From assembly GCF_009914755.1 (NCBI RefSeq), contig NC_060925.1: a stretch of DNA of 64,000 nucleotides. The stretch is one strand, 5' to 3'. The DNA is from the human T2T-CHM13v2.0 reference genome, Homo sapiens. Position numbers and translations under genes: made by a program. The notes beneath the pieces were generated by a model, which was not told the origin of the DNA, made no database searches, and saw only the letters and a program-made list of their open reading frames with translations. This document shows positions 54,891-64,000 of the stretch, piece after piece (position 1 is the first letter of the stretch; every line of letters starts with the position of its first letter).

Positions 54891-57530
54891 TCCAGCCTAA
54901 AAATGCTCCTATGTTTTCGTCCAACTTCAACAAACTGCTTCCTGGATATTCCATCCTGACGTCGCACAACAGCCGCTGGAGGGTGGAGCTGCACAAGTGG
55001 GTGGGAGTCTGGGGGAGACGTACTCAGAGGCTCCTTACCAAGGACTGCTGGGGTCAGCGGCCACCCTGAACAGTCAACGATAAGGAGGTGGTGCTGGAAA
55101 AGAGGAAACCAATTCAAAGGTGAAGGCCAGCCAGAAGAACCAAGATGTTGGAAACCATTAGATGTAGCAGTAAGCAAAAGGGAAGATTCCAGAAAGATTC
55201 TAACTTCCAGCCTGGGTACTGTGGGGGGTCCATTCACCAAGATCAGGGGGAAATAGCAGCAGGGAGGCTGAGTCAAGCCGAGGCATCCTGAGATTGAGCG
55301 GCTTGTGGGGAATCCCAGGGAACAGGCCGACTTGGAAGTGGATTCTGTGGACTCGGCTCTCAGGGCTGGGCCCCAGGATGGTTTCAGAGGAGGAACACAG
55401 AGGCTGATGCACGGTAAGGTGAGAACGTCTGAGCCAGGCGGCCCTTGCAGGGAGCTGGGAATGAGTGGCCACCGAGAAAGGAATCGAGTCACAGCCAACA
55501 GAGTAAGCTGTGTCACGTGATCCCAGAACATCAACCGCAAACAAGAAGACAGAATTTTTCCATTGATTTTGGCAACAACGTAACAGTTATTTGTGTCTCC
55601 AGCTGAAGAGTCTCCGGGATGGGAGAGGAGCCCACAGGGAATCGTGGGGCAGCCTGAGCAGAAGGCAGGGCCAGGAGACCAAGAGGAGACACAGCCCTGT
55701 GTCTATGCTGAAGAGGAAGAACCAAGATTGTGGAAGATTGAAGAGGCCCTGAAGGAGAGGTGCACAGTGGAGGGTGGGTCAGGCCCCCCAGCCATCGCCT
55801 CAGGGAGGCGCCCCTAGAAGGAGTGTGATTGGAGTCCCAGAGAGAGTTAGAAATGGGTTACAGTCCACGTCCGCCAGGGACCTTGGGAGGCTGTCCACGT
55901 GTGGCTTGACCCACTGCAAGACAAGGACAAGATACCAGGAATGGGGCTGAGGCCATCTGCATGGCTTGCAGCCACTCAGCACAGCTGCAGGAAACCGACC
56001 CCCAAGACATCCTCCCTGGGAAACCACAGCGGGCAGACACAGCATAGTTACAGATCAGCTAATGGAAGAGAGGGGTCCCACGGGGTAGAAAACGGCCAGA
56101 CGCTGGGACAGAGTCTCTGTCCCACACCCCTGCCCACCAGCAGCGCCTTCCCCAGAGTCTCTAGCAAGCGTCCACTTGGTCTTCTCTGCCCACCCCACCT
56201 CTCCCACCCCCTGCCCCCCCGGGGGCACACTAATGAGCAGTGATACGGTCAATAAAGACCCCAGCAGGGGGGAAGCAAGCCCGAGCAGTCCACAAACCAG
56301 CCAACCATCCTGACTGTCGTGGGAAATTGCTGCGACACGCTCTCTTTCTACTCCACCGCCTTTCTGTCACAAGCAAGAGAAGGATCTAACAGCTGTTTCT
56401 ACGCGTAGGCTTTTTTCCTCTTTTTTCTTTTCCTCAGCGGCCTCCTTAACCCCGCCAGGCGCCAGCCCGAATTGGTGCTGGCCTTGATGTGACGCGGTGT
56501 GCTGGGAGACGTTCCGCATAGGAGCGAACACCCTGTAAAGCTGTTCATTTGCGAAAACAGCGACAAATACAATCATAAACTTCTGTGGTGGCAGCTACCC
56601 TGGTGCCATCTAAGTAGGAAGAGAGAGACTGACAGAAGGCAGAATTAGCAGCCTCGGTGAGGTATTAAAGTGGGTAAATCCTGAGCCACCGGGCACAGAA
56701 CTAACATCAGGCCCCAGGAAACCCTCAACTGTACATGTGCTCTCTGACTGGAGACTTCTAGTCTTTTAGTCTATTTTTATATGCGTATAGACATAATAGG
56801 TGTATAATGCATTAATAATCTGTGTACACAAACTCCTTCTATATATAGATATATTAAAAATGCATGCAATTAACATGCATAAATACTGCTCCTAAAATGT
56901 TTGCATGGTTATCGTGTGAGCCTCAAAGACCAGAGGCTGCCTTCCTTGAGACGGAAGCTGCACCCTGATTGCCATTAGGGTTGATCTACCTCTCGGGGCC
57001 TGGTGTGGGCTCGGGAGCGTGTGGGGGTGAGCCTGTCCAGAGCAGGAGAAAGCCGTCCTTTCCTTCATTCAGTGAACCTCCTCCTGTGCTTCACATACAC
57101 CAGGGGAGCAGCGCAGATGGCCTGCCCCAGCAGACACAGCCAACAACAGAAGAGGTCTCATGTCAGATGCTTTGGGAAATAAATGAATTATAGTAAGGAG
57201 GCCAAGAGAGAGAGAAATTTTGAATGGGGCAGTCAGGGTAGCGTGCCTGAGAAGGCACCTTCTGTGCAGAGACTGAAGCAGGATGAAGAAGTGAGCATCT
57301 CAGACATCCAGGTCATGAGGGTGCAGGCTGAGGAGCTGTCCCTCCAAAGGCCCTGATGGGGAGGGGGCCCAGAGGGCTTGAGAGGCAAGGGAGGGGTCAG
57401 TAGGACAGAAGTTGGGCTGAGCAGGGAGGGTTATGAGAGGTGACTCCAAGAGCCGCAGGAGAAGCGGGGTGCTGTGTGGGGTCTTGAGGCCCTTGGAAGG
57501 TTTGGGCTTTTCTCTAAGTCAATTGGAGAT

Positions 57531-58446
57531 TTATAAGTTTCCTGCGAATACTGTAACAAATTGCCACAAACCAGATGGCTTAAAATAACAGCAATGTACT
57601 GTCATTGTTGTGGAGGCCAGAGGTCCAAACTAAAGTACCGGAAGGCCATGCCCCCCAGGTGGACCTGGGGAAGAATCTTTCTCTGCCTCTGCCAGCTCTG
57701 GTGGCTCCAGCAACTCTTGGCCTTCCTGGGCTTGTAGACATCTCACTCCAGGCTCAGCCTTCCTCTTCACGTGGCCTTCTCTCTGCGTCTGTGTCTTCTA
57801 AAGACGCCAGTTATTAGATTCTGGGCCCACCCTAATCCAGTGTGTTTGTATCTCAATCATGAACTAATTGCATCTATAATGCCCTTATGTCCAAATAAAG
57901 TCATATGCTGAGGTTCTATGTAGGGTTAAAAAACTCTTCCATGATACTTGTTAAAGTACAGTAAGGAAGAGTTCACTGAGGACCATTGAGATAGGCACAG
58001 GGATCACAGCAATAGGATTTGCAGTGGGAGAAAGAGATTGGGCTCCACTCTGAACACAGCCCAGGCAGGGGAGGATTTATAGCCAAAGAGCAGGGCGGGG
58101 TCCATGGATGGAAAACTGCTAAGAGGAAACATTAGAGGTAAGGGGGATTCTGGCTAAACCCACCTAATAGGATTCTTGCTCAAGGCAGGCCAGGGTGACC
58201 AGATATTGCTGGGGCATGATGGAGAGTGAGGAACTCCATCAGACATAGTTGAGGTGGTCAGATATCAAGGTGTAGGGGGCTTTTGTTAAACTGACACAGC
58301 ATGGTTCTTTGCTAAAACTGGATTTTACAAGAAAGTGTACAGAGGGGCCTAGGAGATGGTTCAGGGACCTGGCTAAAGTTTGGTCAAGCAAAGAATCTAT
58401 GTCGGTGGACATGAATTTGAGAGGGACATTACATTAATCCACTACA
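57531..58446 (-). mobile_element. MLT1C-like LTR containing a MER31-like LTR (~57925-58404), all within an L2-like tract
   Basis: MLT1 text 'ctgtaacaaattgccacaaacc...ggcttaaaataacag'. MER31 reverse end 'ctaaagtttggtcaagcaaagaatctatgtc'. Confidence 0.7.
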
Positions 58447-59930
58447 GGGAGCCACAGGAGGGCTTTGGGGACAGGCAGGACATGAGCTGACTTGGGTTTT
58501 AGAAGGATCCCTCTGGCTGCTGCAGAACAAGCATGGAAGCAGAGAGGCAGAAGTTCAGACACTGCTGCAGTGACCCAGACAAGGGAGGGTGCAGCCTGGG
58601 CGGGGCGCTCGCCATGGAAGTGGGAGAAACAGTTGGATTCTAGCACAAACTTGAAGGCAGAAACAAGAAGGCTTGCTAATGTGCGGGACTCCTTCACCTG
58701 CTAGCCAGGCTCCCCCAGACCCTCCCCCAGACCCATTTCTGTGCTTTAGTTTCAAATTATCCCCCGCTGCAGCCTGGCCCTCCTCCATGTATATTGTAAT
58801 GCCCTTAGCCCTGACCCATCTTCAGGCTGCTGTGGTCTGGGAGAGCTATTTCCAGCCACAACGGCCTGTGGCCCACATGGCCCCAACCCCTCACTCTCTT
58901 TGGGGTGTGTGTGGTGGTGGTGGGGTGGGGGACAGCTTCTATTGGTCAGGCCAAGGCAAAAAAAAAAAAAAAAAGCGGATGTGACTCTTAAGACTAGATT
59001 GAAGTGCTGGTCCCTGAGCCCAGGCCACTGTTGCCTTTTCTGGCATGGTGCAGAGAACAGTCAGTCATAGGTGCACATGGTAGCCCCCTGGTGGGGACAG
59101 TGGTCCCTCTGCATCTTCTAAGCCCCCATGGTAGCTTCATTCCTGATACTTCATGTCCCCTAAAGAGTCATGGGGCATAGGGCAGAAAATATTGCATAAA
59201 AACGCCTTCCTCTGGGCCCCTTCAAGTGTCGCAAACTGTGGAAGATGTGTTCATTAGAGGCCACTAAGGAGCCCTGAATAAGCATAGTTCCTGCCCCACT
59301 GCAGAGGGTTTTGATCAGGAGCTGCACCTGGTAAGGAACAGAACGTCCTCTTGAGAAAAACACTGGATTTATTTTAAGGAAAATCAGCTTTAAAGCAATC
59401 ACTGACACCATGGAGACCATCTGTGTTCCAGAGGTAGGCATAGAGTGATTAGGGGGAGACATAACAGGCAGGACCCCCCCCTGAGTAAGGCAGCTTCCTA
59501 AATATTCAATCCCGGGGTTCAGGTGAGGACTAGGGAGAGCCTGTTTCATTCCTTCTATTTTGCATGTCTCTCCAGGGTAGACTGAGCCAGATCCTCAATG
59601 CTGGGAGCTGACCAGCATGCAGTCAGTGCTGAGGCTGAATTCATTTGATCTGAGCCCAATGTCAAAGCAAGGGGAGAGGGGGCAGCCTTTGGGAGCTGCA
59701 CTCCCTCTGCTGGGCCACCTAGGGAAATTCAGGAAAGGCCCTCCCACCTCCAACCAACCTCCAACAATGAAAATTCTCTTGCGATTTTCAAGACTCTCAA
59801 TTAGAACTGAATTTCCTACTTCTAGCCCAGATGTGAGGGCTGAGTGAGGGTGTCTGGAAAATGGGCATCTGAACCTCATCACTCACAGGCTGACGAGGGA
59901 GCAGCTCCAGAGACTCAAGAAGTAGCCCCA

Positions 59931-60195
59931 AGCCAGGCAAGGTGGCTCACGCCTGTAATCCCAGCACTTTGGGCGGCCGAGGTGGGCAGATCACCTGAGG
60001 TCAGGAGTTCAAGACCAGCCTGACCAACATGGTGAAACCTCGTCTCTACTAAAAATACAAAAATTAACCGGGCATGGTGGCACCCACCTGTAATCCCAGC
60101 TACTCAGGAGGCTGAGGCAGGAAAATCACTTGAACCCAGAAGGTGAAGGTTGCAGTGAGCCAAGATCACGTCACTGCACGTCACTGCACTCCAGC
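59931..60195 (+). mobile_element. AluS lacking its 3' end and poly-A
   Basis: Ends at 'gcactccagc'. Flanked by aagaagtagcc at 59917-59927 and 60210-60220. Confidence 0.88.
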
Positions 60196-61679
60196 TATAT
60201 GACTGGAAGAAGAAGTAGCCTTGGGAGAGGATCCTGCAGCAGGTCTCCTGCTATCTTCCACTCTAACGGGAGTGGGGCCACACTTGCTGCCAGGCGGCCT
60301 GGCCAAGAATTAGATGCCCTGGCCGAACCCGCTGGGTGTGGGGCATTATGAGCCTCTTCTCTCTGGTACAGCATCCATGGGCATCGTTGGGCAGGGGCCA
60401 GGTTCCTCTACAGGTTCTTGGTGATGTACATGTGGGCACAGGCCCTGTTCACCACAAGAACCCAGAGTAGAGATGTTTGTGGTTTCTCATCTCAGCAGAC
60501 AATGAATTTCAAACCCTGTCTTCACGTCCAGGTCTCTAGGGGAGGCAAAGGACGCCCAGAATCCTCTCATTGCTGTGGACAGTCAAGACCTCACCTAAAA
60601 GAATGATACTGACTTTTCCCACATGCTACTTGGGAAGGAAGGGAACAATCATGGTTTTTTGTTTAGTATTTTTTCAGATGTCTGTGACTATATACATATT
60701 TGTACCATTTGTCTTAAATTCCTTTTGGAACAAGACTGGGTTTAAATAAATAGCAAAATAATAATATATGCATATAGTTAGAATCATAGGCTACTTATAT
60801 TTTAATCCTCCTTTCACGTAACATTGTAGCATAAGTGTTTCCCCACATTATTGTAGATTCCCAAGTCTCATTTTTAATAACCGTTATGTTTTTTCAAGGA
60901 CGGTAATTTACCAAAGTTTTTTCCTGTAGTTGGTCACTTATTTCCAGTGTTCCTGGGTTGTAAATGTTTCAGGGAACATATGGACCAAATTATTAATCGT
61001 CAAAGCACTCACATTTCCTGTTTATACAGCCTTGTGCAACAGGGGTTGCAGAATGAGGAGCTGGCATCATCGCTGTCCTTGAGGAATTTGCTATTTATGG
61101 GGTGGAGAGAGAGGGTGATACATATTAAACAATGATGGGGCAATGCAACAGCACATATAAATACAGGGAAAGGTGGTGGTGCTAGAAAAGACTTTAAACA
61201 TACAAATAAAAATATTTTAAATGGTAGTGCCAACCGTAAGTCAAAGCGCGCGTGTGTGTGTGTGTTCCAGAGAAAAAATGTGTGTGTGTATGTGTGTGTG
61301 TTTTCCAGAGAAAAATCGAGAGACATTGACTTGTCGTAAACGTTAGTAACAATAGAGCCACTGAAAAGACATTCCTGACCACACTTTGTGGCGTTGCGAG
61401 GAACTGGATCCAAGATGCGCTGTTTGTGTTAAGCTTCTGGCAGCCAGGAAGGCCTGGAAGAGACAGAGGAAGATCAGGTGTGGTCCCATGGAGAGAGAAG
61501 AGCCAGAGAAACCAAGGCTCTCTCTGCACCTGTGTCTGATCCCCTAAGAAGTTGTCTGACCCGGTGAAGATGGTGGAGGTGTTTATCAGCAGATACAGAC
61601 TCGCTCCCCTCATGGGGTCCCCACAGTGCAGGAGCTGGTCCATATCTGCAAGCAGTGCTCCTGTTCCCAGATGCCGAGC

Positions 61680-62290
61680 GGGTTAATGCACACGATGCGG
61701 GACAGGTTGCCCTCCTGGCTGTTAAGTTCCACAGCTGTAGATGGAACACAACAGGCTGTGAAATGCCAATAAATCTGGAGTTGCCTCTCAATTTCACCAA
61801 TAAAAATTAGCAAATTAAAATGGAAATGTCACCATAAACCCATAAAAATTCTTAAGTGCAGCCTGGAAAACTCTCTCAGGAGCAGAAATGGTTTTAGCCC
61901 ATGCAAGACCCAGGGCAGATGTGCTGTCAGATGTTCCTCAGGACAGCCATCGCTCCCAGAGAGCTCAGCTCAGGGCTGATTAATCACAGGGCCGCTGTCT
62001 TTACATGTCAGCAAGCTAACACAACTGTGTAATCAAGCCTGCTTTATGGGGCCTGAAATATGTGGGCAGGGGACAGAAGTCATCACTCTAACAAGGCAGA
62101 GGGGAGAGGAAAGCACGCCAGCCACACCCCGATTTCTCCATGGCCAGCACCCTGGCTGCTGTGCAACCATTTGGCCAAATGAAGGGAGGATTGGGAAATT
62201 ATGAGCAAATTGTGTAGCATCTGGCTTGCATTTCAGAGAGCTGGAACCAGGGAATGTCCGCATGGCACAGCAGACCTTAATCGTGGAAAT
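61680..62290. promoter_or_regulatory. Candidate HOX/CDX-PBX-MEIS developmental enhancer
   Basis: Non-repeat block with CCAATAAA x2, CCATAAA x2, TTTATGG, TGATTAATCA and TGTCA x3. Confidence 0.45.
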
Positions 62291-62544
62291 CCACTCAACG
62301 GCCAACCAATGCTCTGCTCCTGAAGGCCAGTGATTTCCCCTCATGGTGGCCATGAGTCCCCCCACAAGAAAACCCAACCTGTGAAAACCCAAACTTCCTG
62401 AATCAATGAATGATGGAGAAATGATCTATGTTGCACAAAATGATTCTTTGTATCCATACAGATTGATATATTTGGCACTCCCTCTTCTGAGCAAAATGGA
62501 AGGACAGGGACCAGATTGATCCTCCAGCTGGAAGCAAACAAGTA

Positions 62545-62730
62545 TCTCTATTCTTCAGAGATTTCCAGAGACACAGAACCAATATGATGCATATATCAAT
62601 ATATACTTATGTAGAAAGAGATTTATTATAAGGAATTGGCTCACGGGATTATGGAGGCCAAGTCCTAAGATCAGCAGAATGTGTCAACAAGGACCCAGGG
62701 GAGCCAATGTGTTGGTTCAAATTTTTTAAA
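62545..62730 (-). mobile_element. MLT2 LTR fragment
   Basis: 'ccagagacacagaaccaata...gagatttattataaggaattggctcac'. Confidence 0.75.
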
Positions 62731-63229
62731 GGGACCAAATAAAAGTGGCCAAGACATGTTTGGACATCAGGCAATGAAGATCAGTGACCCCCCTGAGAGA
62801 TGGGAAACAAAAGAAGCAAGCCCCAAGATCGCCCCATCTGACCACCTCCCATTGCCTACTGTGGCACAGACGGAGCACAGAGGATGGCCTCAGCTAAGGA
62901 GGCTTAGCTGAGTCTTGGGAGACCAAGGCAGCAAGAGTTTGCAAGACTGGGGACCACGGAAGAGAGCTACATAGAGACAGAGAGGGCTCTGGAGATTTGC
63001 AGGTGGCCCCCTTGAGTATTCAGCTGAGAAGTGACTGGCACATGCTTGGGAGAAGATGACTCAAGTCTATAGAAAGACTCACCCAAGGATTAGAGAGAAC
63101 AGAGCCCACTGGTGGGTATGCTGCCTGTTAACACCAACTAGACTGGAAAACCTCATCATTTGTGGGACTTTGAGTCGACTACCCAGAAGAGTCTTGCTTC
63201 AATCATAGGGAATAATCAGTCCTGGACTG

Positions 63230-63850
63230 AGTGCCATCAACAACTTCAGCTTCCACCTTAAGAAACTAGAAAAAGAAGAGAAATCGAAACCCAAGGTAAA
63301 TAGAAGAGAGGAAATTATAAGGATCAGAGCAGAAATCAGTAACACAGGAGAAAAGTGGGGAAAAAATCAATGAAATCCAAAGTTGGTCTTTGAGAAAACC
63401 AATTAAATTGATCAACCCAATCTGAATAGCCAGACTTATCAGAATAGAAAACAGAAAATACACAAGTTACCAAAATCAGGAATGAGACAGATTCTACAGA
63501 TGAGTGAGTTTAGCAAGGCTGCATAACACAAGATCAATAGACAAAATTTAATTGTACAAACAAAAAAAATGAACAAACAATACACAATTGTGTGTCCCAA
63601 CACAATTGTAACAACAAACAATTGGAAACTGAAATTTAAAAAATAAAACCATATATAATAGCATCAAAAATAAAACATTTAAAGATAAATATTATAAAAA
63701 TGAATATTTAGGGATAAATCTAATAAAAGATGTGAAATATCTGTACACTGAAAACTACAAAACATTGCTAAGAGAAATTAAAGAAGACTTCAATAAATGG
63801 AAATATATACTGTGTCCATGGATGACAAGATGCATTATAGTTAAGATGAC
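63230..63850 (+). mobile_element. L1M ORF2 fragments
   Basis: 'caccttaagaaactagaaaaagaagag' and the peptide '[21 protein letters not shown]'. Confidence 0.8.
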
Positions 63851-63851
63851 A

Positions 63852-64000
63852 GGTCAGGTGTGGTGGCTCACACCTGTAATCCCAGAACTTTGGGAGGCCA
63901 AGGTGGGTGGATCACTTTAGGTCAGGAGTTCAAGACCAGCCTGGCCAACATGGTGAAACCCCGTCTCTACTAAAACAATGCAAAAATTAGTCAGGCATGG
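63852..64000 (+). mobile_element. Alu left arm, cut by the window edge
   Basis: 'ggtgtggtggctcacacctgtaatccc...ggccaacatggtgaaacc'. Confidence 0.9.

Noticed and set aside
57190-58690. Triple nesting of L2, MLT1 and MER31
   Set aside because: Ordinary age-ordered nesting of repeats.

Overview
Primate genomic DNA, most likely human or another catarrhine: it carries AluS/AluY, THE1/MST MaLR LTRs and an HML-2 LTR5. I see no protein-coding exon or RNA gene. The ORF track is explained by L1 ORF2 debris, Alu/MaLR antisense frames and low-complexity repeats. Much of the window is interspersed repeat. The unique sequence contains several homeodomain-motif-rich blocks that look like developmental enhancers, plus a cluster of five AP-1 sites, so this is probably a gene desert or large intron. 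I cannot name the locus. The most unusual structures seen directly are: (1) a ~242-bp piece of local unique DNA copied into a THE1A LTR that is itself nested in an older THE1/MST LTR; (2) a second ~180-bp local copy 3.3 kb from its source; (3) a ~200-bp fold-back palindrome inside an L1; (4) an HERV-K solo LTR with a perfect 6-bp TSD; (5) a CpG-rich 20-21-bp minisatellite and a 1.2-kb polypyrimidine tract. I find no convincing novel gene system. Repeat subfamily names come from recalled consensus sequences, and identities are hand counts.
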